A stretch of DNA of 64,000 bases from an uncultured Armatimonadetes bacterium. GTDB taxonomy: Bacteria; Armatimonadota; UBA5829; DTJY01. Of the stretch, positions 53,974-64,000 are shown piece by piece; positions within the stretch are counted from its first letter, which is position 1; each line of letters starts with the position of its first letter. The notes under the pieces were generated by a model. That model was not told the origin of the DNA, did no database searches, and saw only the letters and a program-made list of their open reading frames with translations. Where the stretch lies: NCBI GenBank assembly GCA_963717145.1, contig OY970325.1:1-64000 (forward strand), in the 5' to 3' direction. A program made the position numbers and the translations under genes.

Positions 53974-56900
53974 ATGGATTCAATCGCGCCACCTCTGCCC
54001 GGGCAAACTGCGCCGGCGGCCGGCCCGGGTACGCCCACGGCCGCGCTGGATGGAGGCCTGAGCTTTCAGAGCATCGTGGGCACGATCACCCCGGAGAACG
54101 AGTTGCTCGGGGTGGTCGCCGAACGCATCCGGCGCGCGGCCGCCCATCTCCATCTGAGCAGTGAGGACCTTTACCGCATTTTCAGCCGCCACAGCATCTT
54201 TGAAGGGGAGGGCAGCCTCACCTGGGAGGGGGGAGAGGTTCGGTTCTTCATTGTGGAAACGCACCACCTGATCCAGGGCAAGGTGGGCAAGGGGGCCCTG
54301 AAGCTGGTGTTCCCGCAGGATCTGCTGGGCAAGGGGGCCCAGTTCAGAGCGGCGGAGGCTGGCGCCGTGGAGGTGGTGCCGCGGGATGGAGCCGGCGGTT
54401 GGGCGGGACCGGAGGAGGCCGAGGAACTGGTCAAGCAGGCCATGCGCGAGTTCATGACCGGCGAAAGCCTGAGCATGAGCCTGAAATGCCAGGCCACGGG
54501 AGCTCCCTTTGCCGGCAGCGAGGGGCTGGTGCTTTGCGCGGCGCGAGATTTCGACGCGGCCGCGGGACGGTTTTTCCTCAGGCCGCTGCTGGGGGACAGC
54601 GACGAGACGGCCGCATCGGACCGCGAGCTGATCGATCTGATGATGAACCGGACGGCCGAGATTCTGACACTGGCGGGGCGGATCGCCTACGATCGGATCG
54701 TGCACGCCGCCGAGACCAATTCCACCCTGACGGCCCGGCTGGGGCTGCAGCTCCCCACCAACGTGGTCGAGGGCCATCTCCGGGCCCTGCTCCAGAGCCG
54801 GCCGGAAATCATCATCGGGGACGAGGACATGACGCCGCAGTTGCGCGAGCTGGTGCAGCAGGGCGACTACAAGCCGACGGCTTGCGCCCTGGCCCGGACT
54901 GCCGCCCAGATGCAGATCGAGCATTCCATCCTGCTCCAGGCATCACGGGAGAAGCTAAGGAACCTGCTGGCCGGCCTGCCCCCCCAGGGTTCGCCCAGCC
55001 CGGCCCAATACCGCGAGATCATCGATCTATTTTTTGGGACCGGTGAGATTCAGCAGAATGAGGACCAGCTTTACCACCACCGCGAGCTGATCCTTAAACC
55101 GTTGTCGATTGCCCTGTCGTTCCGTTGCCTGGACGAGTGCGGCGACTCCCAAGTGCTCGCGCTCTATCTCAAAACCCTCCTGGACAATCAGCGGGTCACC
55201 ATGGAGGCCACCTTGGCGAAGAGCCTGCGACCGGGGCAGGCCCTGCCGGCCAACTGGCTGGAAGGAGCGGTGTTTCTGTCCGCCGCCGCCCGCCAGCAAC
55301 TGGCGAGCCTCATGCCGACCCCGGAGGCGACCCGGCAGGCGGTCAAGGAGAGTTTTTGGGAGATTGTGAGGATTCTGTGCGATGCCCGGGCCCAAATCTG
55401 GAGCCAGCGCGACGACCCGTTTGCCGAAGCCAAGCGGGAGGTCTTGGAGCGCGCAATTCGGGCCATTACCTCCACGGGCGACGTGATCCCCTCGGTGGAC
55501 CGGCTCGTATTCTTTACCCTGCCTTACACCTATGAATGCGTCACGCCCAAGCTGGGCGTGGTGACGCGCAAGCCGGTGGCGGTTTGCGGCTCTGAATTAC
55601 GACCGGAGGCCATGGCGGTGGGCGGGGTCATGACGGTGGAGATTCTGCTCAAGAAACTGGGCCGAAAGAACCAACCGCTGGCAGGGATGACCGTGGCCAT
55701 CGAGGGGCTGGGCAATGCCGGCAAGCATGTGGCCCGGCTCATGGCAGACCGAGGCGCCCGGATCGTGGCGGTCAGCGACAGCACGGGCGCGCTCTTCAGC
55801 CCGGGCGGTTTCCCCCGGCCCGAACTGGACCGGATCATTGCTCACAAGGATCGCGGGCGGCGGCTCCGGAGCTTCGGATTGGAGGCCCTGCCGGAAGCGC
55901 CGGGCCCGGCCGTCAGCCCGGCCTATGAGTTCGATCCAGACCCCGACCGGCTCAAATCGATCGAAGCCGAGATCCTGGTGCTGACGGCCATCCCGGGCTC
56001 GATCCATGAGGCAAACGCCTCCGCGCTGAAGTGCCGGATCATCTGCGAGTTGACGGGGGCCGCCGTCACGGGAGCGGCCAGGGGGATCCTCCACGATCGG
56101 CAGGTGCGGGTCATCCCGGACAACCTGGCCAGCTCCGGCGGCTTGTTGGTCTCGCTCTCGGAGATGCTCCAGAACAGCGCCGGGCAGAATTGGGACCGGA
56201 AGCTCGAGGAGTTCAACCTCTACGAACAGCTTTCCGCCGGCACCGAGACCGCCTTCCGGCTGGCCGGAAAACATGGAGTGGATGTGCCGACGGCCACGGA
56301 TATGCTCGCGCTCCAGCGAATGCACGAACTCGCCCTTTACCGCGAGCGCGTGGAGATACTGGCCGCGCGGTTAAAAGAACGGATCGAGACGATCCAAGCG
56401 GGCGAGCAGGTCTTGATCGTTTCCGACGACGATGAAGACGGGGTGGCCTCGGCCGCCATTGTGCACGCCCTCATTACGGCGCTCAACCCGGCCGCCCGGG
56501 ACAGCGTGGTCTATTTGAACGAATCATTCCGTTCCGACGTGATCGGGGATGTCATCGAGCAGACCGACCAGACAGGGCGGCCCATCCGCCATGTGTTTGC
56601 CGTGGACCGAGCCTTCCCCCTGAGCGAGCCGGGCCAGACCCATATTGCGGGAGTCGCCGGCCGCTGCCGGTTGACTCTGATCAACAACCACGAGCTTCCC
56701 GCGGACCTGATGGGACGCGAGGCGGGTGAGCCTCAGCCCGGCGGGCGGTCGCGCCCCCGGCTCCCGGCCGAACTGGGCATCCTTTTCATTTCACCGCAAA
56801 CGCTCAAGTCCGTGCTGCCAGCCCGGGAGTTTCCGACGGCCATGATTCTCCGGGAACTGGCCGGCCAGCTCCTATCGGATGAGGGGCTCATGAGCCGCAT

Positions 56901-57594
56901 CGACTGGCAGGCCGCGGTGGGCAGTTACCTGGATGCGCCCGCCGAGAAGAACAGCGAATATCTGCTGTTTCATACCCGATTCAACCCGGACAAGATCCTG
57001 GAAGCGGCCCAGGCGGTTCGCATGGTCACGCGGGCCGGCGGCTTCCGGGAGGCGCTCCGCGCCATGGCGGGCGTGATTCGGCCCGACCAGCTTCGAACCA
57101 ACGAAACCTGGGAGCGATTCATGGCCGAATACCAAGTGCTGCGCGAGCGCGTGCAGGTGTTGGTCGAGAAAATCATCCTGGAAAACCGGCTGCGTCCCCT
57201 GACCTGCCATTTCTTCAGCCGGGACGAAGTGGCGTCGCCCACGCCGCTGGCCGGGAACACGGAAACACGGCTGGATTTGTACCATTGGATCTCCGAGCAC
57301 CTGACGCGCCGCGGCGACCTGGCCGACAAACCGATCATTGTCGGGCAGGTGATCGAGGACGCCAAAGGACGGGCGTGGTTGGGCGTACGCATCCGCAGCC
57401 CCCGCGGAGTGGACCTGATGGAAGCCGGCCTGCCTGAAGCGTTCCAGACGGGCGGGCTGCCCAACACCGCCGTGGCCCGAATCGGCCTGGATCCGAACAA
57501 CACCCCAGAGCAGCAGTTCTATGCCCTGGTCGATGACATCTGGTTGAAGACGTCCAGCCGCCTGCACCTCGGTCCGCCCACCACCCGCTCCTGA
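53974..57594 (+). CDS. Degenerate Glu/Leu/Phe/Val dehydrogenase-like protein fused to a C-terminal DHH/RecJ-like domain
   Basis: GDH-like MSLKC...PFAGSEG, VVTRKPVAVCGSELRPEA, VAIEGLGNAG, VAVSDSTG and VIPDNLASSGGLLVS..EMLQN. The C-terminal region has VLIVSDDDEDGVASAAI...VD...INNH. Confidence 0.75.
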   Translation: MDSIAPPLPGQTAPAAGPGTPTAALDGGLSFQSIVGTITPENELLGVVAERIRRAAAHLHLSSEDLYRIFSRHSIFEGEGSLTWEGGEVRFFIVETHHLIQGKVGKGALKLVFPQDLLGKGAQFRAAEAGAVEVVPRDGAGGWAGPEEAEELVKQAMREFMTGESLSMSLKCQATGAPFAGSEGLVLCAARDFDAAAGRFFLRPLLGDSDETAASDRELIDLMMNRTAEILTLAGRIAYDRIVHAAETNSTLTARLGLQLPTNVVEGHLRALLQSRPEIIIGDEDMTPQLRELVQQGDYKPTACALARTAAQMQIEHSILLQASREKLRNLLAGLPPQGSPSPAQYREIIDLFFGTGEIQQNEDQLYHHRELILKPLSIALSFRCLDECGDSQVLALYLKTLLDNQRVTMEATLAKSLRPGQALPANWLEGAVFLSAAARQQLASLMPTPEATRQAVKESFWEIVRILCDARAQIWSQRDDPFAEAKREVLERAIRAITSTGDVIPSVDRLVFFTLPYTYECVTPKLGVVTRKPVAVCGSELRPEAMAVGGVMTVEILLKKLGRKNQPLAGMTVAIEGLGNAGKHVARLMADRGARIVAVSDSTGALFSPGGFPRPELDRIIAHKDRGRRLRSFGLEALPEAPGPAVSPAYEFDPDPDRLKSIEAEILVLTAIPGSIHEANASALKCRIICELTGAAVTGAARGILHDRQVRVIPDNLASSGGLLVSLSEMLQNSAGQNWDRKLEEFNLYEQLSAGTETAFRLAGKHGVDVPTATDMLALQRMHELALYRERVEILAARLKERIETIQAGEQVLIVSDDDEDGVASAAIVHALITALNPAARDSVVYLNESFRSDVIGDVIEQTDQTGRPIRHVFAVDRAFPLSEPGQTHIAGVAGRCRLTLINNHELPADLMGREAGEPQPGGRSRPRLPAELGILFISPQTLKSVLPAREFPTAMILRELAGQLLSDEGLMSRIDWQAAVGSYLDAPAEKNSEYLLFHTRFNPDKILEAAQAVRMVTRAGGFREALRAMAGVIRPDQLRTNETWERFMAEYQVLRERVQVLVEKIILENRLRPLTCHFFSRDEVASPTPLAGNTETRLDLYHWISEHLTRRGDLADKPIIVGQVIEDAKGRAWLGVRIRSPRGVDLMEAGLPEAFQTGGLPNTAVARIGLDPNNTPEQQFYALVDDIWLKTSSRLHLGPPTTRS

Positions 57595-57603
57595 GGTCTG
57601 GCG

Positions 57604-59265
57604 TCACTTCCCGCCGGATGGCGGCTGGGACCGGGCGACCAGGAAGGCCTTCAGCTCCGCGGCCGCTTTGCCGCCGAAGCCGGGCACGGCCGCGATCTCC
57701 TCCACCACCGCCAGGCGCAGCCGCTGCACCGACCCGAATTTCTTGAGCAGGGCCGCTTTTCTCGCCTCGCCGATGCCGGGGAACTCATCGAGCACGCTTT
57801 CGGAGATCTTCCTCAGCCGGAGCTGAGCGTTGTAGGAGTTGGCCACCCGGTGGGACTCGTCCCGGATTCGCTGCAGCAGCTTCAGGGCATTCTGATCCTG
57901 GCTCAGCCGCAGCGGTTCTTCCTGCCCCGGCCGGTGGATTTCCTCGAATTCCTTGGCCAGCCCGATGACCGGGATGGCGCCCAGCCCCAGCTTCTCCAGT
58001 TCTTCCCGCGCCGCCGTCAACTGGCCTTTGCCGCCGTCGATGACGATGAGATCCGGAAGGTTCGAGGGTTTGGCCTGGCTTCCCGAAGGGACTGGCGCTT
58101 CTTCCTGGAGCCTCGGGAAGGCCTCGCCTGGCTGCTGCATCATCTTGCGCAGTTCCTCGACGATGGGACGGCCGGCTTCCTGGTCCTCGTCACCGGTTGG
58201 TGGGGGGCTGGCGGGGCCGGTGGCACCGGCCTCCCGCAGCAGGCGGGTGTAGCGCCGTCGCACCGCCTCCGCCATGCAGGCGAAGTCGTCCTGCCCTTCC
58301 ACGGACTTGGATCTTCATGCGCCGGTAATTGGCGCGGTCCGGCCGGCCCCGCCGGAAACTGACCACCGAGGCCACCTTGAGCGTGCCGCTGATGTTGGAG
58401 ATGTCGAAGCCCTCGATGCGCTCGGGCGGGCCGGGCAGGCCCAGCACCTTGCCCAGCTCCAGGTTGTCCCGCTCCGGCATCACCGCCACGGGCAGGTTCC
58501 AGGGGGTGCGCTCGAAGCGGGTGGTTTTCCGGGTGGTGTGCCGCAGGTCCACGACGGCATCGCGGAGCTGGGCGGCTTTCTCGTAGTCCTGGGCCGCCGC
58601 CGCTTTCTGCATCTCGCCTTCGAGCTGCGCCTGCAGTTCGTCGCACTGGCCGTCCAGGAACTCGCAGGCCGCCTGCACCTGCTCGCCGGTATTGCTCGAG
58701 CGCCACGTTGCCGATGCAGGGGGCGGTGCACCATTTGAGATTGCCGTAGAGGCAATGATTGTAGTCGGCCTCGGTGGGCGTGAGCACCCGGCAGCCGCGC
58801 AGGTTGAAGGTGCGTCGCATCAGCAGCAGGGTGCTGCGCAGGGCCCCGGCGTTGGGAAACGGGCCGAAATAGCGCGATCCGTCCTCCGTGCGCAGCCGGG
58901 TGAGCGTAAAGCGCGGGATCGGATCGTTGAGGTTCACCTTCACCAGCGGGAACCGCTTGTCGTCGCGGAAGCTGATGTTGTAGCGGGGCTGGAACTCCTT
59001 GATCAGCTTGCCTTCCAGCAGCAGGGCCTCCGCCTCGCCTCTGCACCACGTGCACGTCCAGGTCGTGGATGGCCTCCACCAGGGCGTTGAGCTTCAGGTC
59101 CCACCCCAGCCGGCGCGACGGATGAAAATACTGGCTGACCCGCTTGCGCAGGTCCCGCGCCTTGCCCACGTAGATGACCGTGCCGAACCGGTCCTTCATC
59201 AGGTACACACCCGGCTTGTGCGGCAGTTCGCCGAGCTTCTTGCGCACCTGTTCCGTGGCCGGCAT
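57604..59265 (-). CDS. uvrC: Excinuclease ABC subunit C (apparent frameshifts near 59040, 58685 and 58300)
   Basis: [65 protein letters not shown] and PGIG HhH. Confidence 0.93.
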
Positions 59266-59331
59266 GCCCGCCACTCTAACGGCCAGGGCCACCCCGTTTC
59301 AAGTCGGCTCCAGAAAGGAGCAGCACCTCGC

Positions 59332-59691
59332 ATGAAACTCCATACCGCCAAACCCGGCCAGTGCCAGACCAGGCCGCCCCGACTCGAACCGCAACCGCCC
59401 TATTGGCGTAACACGCTCTGGCCTGTCAGCGTTGAGGCCGCTTTCGCCGCCCAGGAGATGGGCCGCCTCATCCGCCAGAAGTGCCAGGGCCCCACGCCCA
59501 CAAGCGACCACAAGGAACGCGAGGCCTGCACCCGCCTCGCCATCGCCGGTCGCCTCCTCTGGTGCAGGATGAACTGCGATTACATCAGCCTGGCCGAGCG
59601 CCAGACCCTCCGCGACGCCATCCCCCCCCTCACCGGGAGCAATCCGGTCGCCCCGCCCCTTCCACCACCCCGGACGGGGCCTCGAGGCTGA
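59332..59691 (+). CDS. Hypothetical protein
   Basis: ATG preceded by an AGGAG-like sequence and C-rich third positions; no family recognised. Confidence 0.35.
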   Translation: MKLHTAKPGQCQTRPPRLEPQPPYWRNTLWPVSVEAAFAAQEMGRLIRQKCQGPTPTSDHKEREACTRLAIAGRLLWCRMNCDYISLAERQTLRDAIPPLTGSNPVAPPLPPPRTGPRG

Positions 59692-59694
59692 CGC

Positions 59695-59933
59695 AGGAGA
59701 AGGCAATACTCTAGTCGAGGCGCGCGCGCTCAAACAGTCGTTGAGCCTGCAAGGACCACCTCTTGAAAGAGAAGGAACTGACCAAGACAGAAATGGCGGC
59801 CCGGATGAAAACCAGCCGCGCGGCGGTGGACCGGCTGCTGGATGCGTCCAATTCCTCGGTCACACTGAACACGCTGGGCAAAGCTGCCCGCGCCCTCGGT
59901 CGTAAAGTGAAAATTGAATTGGTGCCGGCATAG
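59695..59933 (+). pseudogene. XRE-family HTH antitoxin-like gene remnant
   Basis: Reads VEARALKQS, then a frameshift, then LLKEKELTKTEMAARMKTSRAAVDRLLDASNSSVTLNTLGKAARALGRKVKIELVPA*. The 5' end is missing. Not present in the ORF track. Confidence 0.75.
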
Positions 59934-59957
59934 TTCGCAATCGCAGGCGCGGGAGAA

Positions 59958-60239
59958 TCACAGGCCGGCAATAGCCAGCCCTTGGATGATCTTGCGGGCG
60001 ATGTCCCGCCGCCGCTCAGTGGAGACTTCACCCCGGGCTTGCTTCAAGCCGTCCTTGGCAACGGTGAAGAGCAGGTCGCAGCGGCAGCGCGTCCTCCAGT
60101 TCAGCCCGTCGGCTTCATCCAGCAGCGCCTCATTTTCCCGCGCCGCCCGGGCGCTGGATGGTGTCATGCTGGTGCATTTGAGGACTACCACTTCCGGCTT
60201 CCGGTCAATGCGCTCCTGGCAGCAAATTGCTGTTTCCAT
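59958..60239 (-). CDS. Hypothetical protein
   Basis: 93-aa ORF with an ATG start, divergent from xseB; no family recognised. Confidence 0.35.
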   Translation of the reverse strand: METAICCQERIDRKPEVVVLKCTSMTPSSARAARENEALLDEADGLNWRTRCRCDLLFTVAKDGLKQARGEVSTERRRDIARKIIQGLAIAGL

Positions 60240-60376
60240 GTCTTGCCGGCCGGGGTCACCCCCTCCACCCTGGGCTCTGCCTTCTCCGTCCGGCTCCTTT
60301 TCTGTCCTGCGCCCATCCTCCCCGAAGGGCGCATACTAAACTGGACGGGGGGCGGGGAGTTTGGTAGCTTTCGGCC

Positions 60377-60646
60377 ATGTCGAAAGCGGCCAGGAATCCG
60401 ACCGGCGCTGCGGAACCGCTCCCCTTTGAAGAAGCGCTCAAGCAGCTTGAAGCCACCGTGGAAGCGATGGAAGCGGGCGATCTGCCCCTGGAGAACATGC
60501 TGGCCCGCTTCGAGGAAGGGGTGAAGCTGGCCCGCCATTGCCAGACCAAGCTGCAGGAGGCGGAACTTCGGATCCAGCAGTTGGAAAAGACTGCCGCCGG
60601 GGAGTTTGCGCTTAAGCCGCTCGAAGCCGCCGGCAACGCCGAATAA
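60377..60646 (+). CDS. xseB: Exodeoxyribonuclease VII small subunit
   Basis: FEEALKQLEATVEAMEAGDLPLE...FEEGVKL...C...L..AELRI. Confidence 0.93.
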   Translation: MSKAARNPTGAAEPLPFEEALKQLEATVEAMEAGDLPLENMLARFEEGVKLARHCQTKLQEAELRIQQLEKTAAGEFALKPLEAAGNAE

Positions 60647-60649
60647 CCT

Positions 60650-62650
60650 ATGAGCCGATTTCTGGACATGGTGGATGATCCGTCCCACGTGAAGAAGCTC
60701 ACGCTGGAGCAGCTCCAGCAGCTCGCCGAGGAAATCCGGCACGAGCTTATCACCAAGCTGGCCCGGTTCGGCGGACATCTGGGTCCCAACCTGGGCGTGG
60801 TGGAGTTGACCCTGGCTCTCCACCGGGTTTTCTCCACCCCCAAAGACAAGTTCGTCTGGGACGTCAGCCACCAGACTTACGTGCACAAGCTCCTCACCGG
60901 CCGCAAGAACCGGTTCCATACCATCCGCACCACCGACGGCCTGAACGGCTTCGCCTTGCGTACCGAGAGCGCCCACGACTGCTACGGGGCCGGCCATGCC
61001 GGCACCGCCTTGTCCGCCGCGCTGGGCATCGCGGTGGCCCGCGACCGGCTCGGCACCGACGAGAACGTGGTCTGCATCTTCGGGGACGCCGCCCTGACCA
61101 ACGGCATTTCCTTTGAGGCGCTGAACAACATTGGGCACGCCACCAAGCGCTTCATTGGCATCCTGAACGACAACGAGTGGAGCATTGCCAAGAACGTCGG
61201 CGCCATTGCCAACTATCTGAACAAGCTCATCACCAGCCCGCGCTACAACCAATTGCAGAAGGACTTCACCAACTGGGTCAAGCGGCTGCCCAAAGGTCAC
61301 TTTGCGGTCAAGCTGGGTCAGAAAGCTGAGGAAGCCATCAAGGGCGCCGTCTCCGGGGCCACCCTGCGGCCGGCTGGCGGGGGCATTGATGAGGAAGCCG
61401 ATTCGGACGGGCGCGGCGGCTACGGCAGCAGCCTGATTTTCGAGGAACTGGGGGTGCGCTACCTGGGCCCCATTGACGGTCACAATTTGCCGCTCCTCCT
61501 CAGCACCCTGGAGTTTGCCAAGACCTGCGATCATCCGATCGTCATCCATGTCCTGACCAAGAAGGGCAAAGGCTATGACGCGGCCATCCAGCATCCGGAG
61601 AAGTTTCACGGCACCGGCCCCTACGATGTGGCCACCGGCAACTCCCCCGCGGTCAAGCCCGGCACCCCGCCAACCTACCAGGAAGTCCTGGGCCAGACCC
61701 TGGTCAAGCTCTGTCAACGGGATAGCCGGCTGGTCGGCATCACCGCCGCCATGCCCAGCGGCACCGGCCTCAAGGTCCTGGAAAAGGCCATGCCCGACCG
61801 TTACTACGACGTGGGTATTGCCGAGGAACACGCCGTCCTGTTCGCCGCCGGGATGGCGACCATGGGGTATCATCCTTTGGTGGCCATTTACTCGACTTTC
61901 ATGCAGCGCGCCTACGACTGCATCATTCATGACCTGGCGCTTCAGGACCTGCCGGTCATCCTCTGCATGGACCGCGCCGGCCTCTCCGCCAATGACGGTC
62001 CCACCCATCACGGGCTGTTCGACATCGCCTTCCTCCGCTGCGTGCCCAATCTCATCTGCATGTCTCCCCGGGACGAGGACGAGTTTGTCGATATGCTGTT
62101 TACCGCCACGCACCAGCAGCACCCCGTGGCGCTTCGCTATCCGCGGGGGGCGGGGGAAGGCGTGCCCCTGAAAGACCAGCCCCGCCTCTTGGAGGTGGGC
62201 AAGGCCGAGGTGGTCCGCAACTTTGCCGGCGACGGTGGTCGCAAAGTGGCTTTCTTTTCGCTGGGCCACATGTTTCCCCTGGCCCGCAAGGCGGTCGCCC
62301 AACTCGTCGAAGAGGGTTGCGATTGCGCCCTCATCAACGCACGTTTTACCAAACCAATCGATGCCGAGACGACCGCCTTCTTTGGCCGCGCTGCCGATGT
62401 GGTGGTCACCCTCGAGGACCACGTGGTGAGCGGCGGCTACGGCAGCGCCGTCCTGGAACTCTTCAACCAGCAGGGCCTGACCACCCCGGTCGTCACGGTG
62501 GGCTGGCCCGACCAGTTCGTGGAGCACGGGACCACGGTGGAGGAGCTGCGCCAGCGCCATGGGCTGGATGCGGTTACGATTGTGGCCCGGATCAAGACGC
62601 GGCTGGCCGAGGCCCGCCCGGCCCGGCAGGCGGCCCTGGCCATCGCGTAG
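60650..62650 (+). CDS. dxs: 1-deoxy-D-xylulose-5-phosphate synthase
   Basis: GGHLGPNLGVVELT, WDVSHQTYVHK, GDAALT..LNDN, YLGPIDGH, DVGIAEEH, IYSTFMQR and DGPTHHG. Confidence 0.97.
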   Translation: MSRFLDMVDDPSHVKKLTLEQLQQLAEEIRHELITKLARFGGHLGPNLGVVELTLALHRVFSTPKDKFVWDVSHQTYVHKLLTGRKNRFHTIRTTDGLNGFALRTESAHDCYGAGHAGTALSAALGIAVARDRLGTDENVVCIFGDAALTNGISFEALNNIGHATKRFIGILNDNEWSIAKNVGAIANYLNKLITSPRYNQLQKDFTNWVKRLPKGHFAVKLGQKAEEAIKGAVSGATLRPAGGGIDEEADSDGRGGYGSSLIFEELGVRYLGPIDGHNLPLLLSTLEFAKTCDHPIVIHVLTKKGKGYDAAIQHPEKFHGTGPYDVATGNSPAVKPGTPPTYQEVLGQTLVKLCQRDSRLVGITAAMPSGTGLKVLEKAMPDRYYDVGIAEEHAVLFAAGMATMGYHPLVAIYSTFMQRAYDCIIHDLALQDLPVILCMDRAGLSANDGPTHHGLFDIAFLRCVPNLICMSPRDEDEFVDMLFTATHQQHPVALRYPRGAGEGVPLKDQPRLLEVGKAEVVRNFAGDGGRKVAFFSLGHMFPLARKAVAQLVEEGCDCALINARFTKPIDAETTAFFGRAADVVVTLEDHVVSGGYGSAVLELFNQQGLTTPVVTVGWPDQFVEHGTTVEELRQRHGLDAVTIVARIKTRLAEARPARQAALAIA

Positions 62651-62748
62651 CCCGCGAAAATTCTTCTGGCACGGGGCCGGCGATGGGGTTAGGCTTCTTT
62701 TCCCGTTCATGACGGAACGTGATGAGCGGGTCAAGGAAGGTTGGGTTT

Positions 62749-62824
<76 letters not shown>

Positions 62825-63394
62825 CTAAGCACCAGCGACTTACAACTCACTTACCGATTAGAAAAAGAGTTTGGCTGTTCCACTCCTTGAGTTCTGAAGC
62901 GGCTTTTCCGCAGCCTACGGTCGGTTTGCCTTCCTCATGGAAGAACGCTGCCCAGAGGCAGGGGGGGGCGTGAAATGCGGGCATTCTGGTGGGGCAGAAC
63001 GTCCGGTGACAGGTGTGGCGTCTGCTGTATTGACCCTTCCGCGCTACCAAAATGCAATGGTGGACCAACGGTGGCCCCTGCACGCCGGTTCTTGAGCAAC
63101 CTGGCAGGTAAACAGGCAGGATCGCGGTTTGGCATGAGCATAGGGTAGCGCCGGGCAAAATAGCCTAGGGCCTCGGCATTAAAGGTGTCGCGACGATAGC
63201 GGAGGGCCACAATGAAACTGGTCAAAGATGACAGGCCAGCTTTCCATACCCGGCGCCAGATTATACGGCCCGGGCCGCCTCGCTGCCGGCGGCGGGCAGG
63301 GGGCGGGTCAAGCGGGATGTGCCTCTGCTTCTCGCTCGGAGTGGGTGTTCACCCCATAGACACATGGCAGAGCGCTGCCGGATGATGACGCCGG

Positions 63395-63694
63395 ATGAAA
63401 CGAATCGCAGCCCTCTGTCTCTGCGGCCTGCTGGTCGGCTGTGCCACGCCAACACTCCAAGAGGAGTATTCCAAGACGAGCACGGCCGAATTGGAGCTTC
63501 GCCACGCCCGGTGCGCCCGGCTCCTGAGCCTCGAGAAACAATACATTGACTTCAGGCTTGGGCCACCGCTTGCGATGGCCATAATGGATGATGGACGCAG
63601 CGACCGCATCAAGGAAAAGGAGAAGACTGGGAAGGAATTGCTCCGTCGTGGCCAAGCGGGAGACAAGGACGCTTATCTGCCGATTCTTCAATGA
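63395..63694 (+). CDS. Small hypothetical lipoprotein
   Basis: MKRIAALCLCGLLVG-C lipobox. Confidence 0.65.
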   Translation: MKRIAALCLCGLLVGCATPTLQEEYSKTSTAELELRHARCARLLSLEKQYIDFRLGPPLAMAIMDDGRSDRIKEKEKTGKELLRRGQAGDKDAYLPILQ

Positions 63695-63881
63695 GGCGGG
63701 AGTGGTCTTTCGTTGTCCCCTGGCCGCCAAAGGCGGCTTGTCTATTGGCAGGCTGGGGGCAAGGACCACCCGTCTTGCCATGATATAGGGTAAACACCCC
63801 ATAGCGCCGCTGTCACCATCGGTGGTAAATTCTGTCCTTCCCCTAACGGGGGCAACAATCAAAACCGGAGAACGTTTCAAA

Positions 63882-64000
63882 ATGAAAACAATCAAGATCT
63901 TCACCAACCTTGGTCTCGTGGTCCTGCTGGCCGGCCTGGCCCATGCCGGTGGAATAAAGCCGGTGACCATCCCCCAACAGGTGTTGACCTACGAAGCCGG
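63882..64000 (+). CDS. Secreted protein, truncated by the window end
   Basis: MKTIKIFTNLGLVVLLAGLAHA signal peptide with an AxA cleavage site, preceded by GGAG. Confidence 0.6.
   Translation, partial: MKTIKIFTNLGLVVLLAGLAHAGGIKPVTIPQQVLTYEA

Noticed and set aside
47188-59265. Mass pseudogenisation or programmed frameshifting of the GH127 genes, uvrC and others
   Set aside because: Single-base indels are scattered through many unrelated genes, including uvrC, with otherwise intact motifs. Uncorrected long-read error is the simplest explanation.
60377-62650. Missing ispA between xseB and dxs
   Set aside because: This is a common operon variant and uninformative without the rest of the genome.
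63120-63260. Tyrosine integrase remnant after tRNA-Phe (ALG...YAH-like words on the minus strand)
   Set aside because: The fragments lie in different frames and there is no convincing HxLR motif; too weak to call.

Overview
GC-rich bacterial window, most consistent with a Verrucomicrobiota (Limisphaerales/Pedosphaera-like) genome. This is inferred from LTD/CotH/Ig giant secreted proteins, a prepilin/H-X9-DG gene and a PocR-AraC regulator. Many genes, including uvrC, are broken by single-base indels, which looks like unpolished long-read error rather than real decay. Housekeeping genes include mnmE, polX, thiD, hypDE, accA, uvrC, xseB, dxs and tRNA-Phe. They are interspersed with two very large secreted CotH-kinase/lamin-tail proteins (about 2,170 and 4,750 aa), a GH127 cluster and a cobalamin riboswitch-controlled operon. 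Five observations stand out. (1) A 1.7-kb DDE insertion sequence with an AbrB-like orfA, an operator-bearing promoter and a slippery A9 site has inserted into a REP hairpin and duplicated the whole 24-bp hairpin; the empty site is preserved elsewhere in the window. (2) Mosaic intergenic arrays alternate a fixed-length 52-bp GGTTCATGG...CCATGAACC unit with GTAG-type REP doublets. (3) A B12 riboswitch sits upstream of an unknown secreted protein and a pilin-like protein. (4) A 1,206-aa protein fuses a catalytically degenerate glutamate dehydrogenase to a DHH-like domain. (5) Three unrelated secreted proteins share a C-terminal candidate sorting domain.
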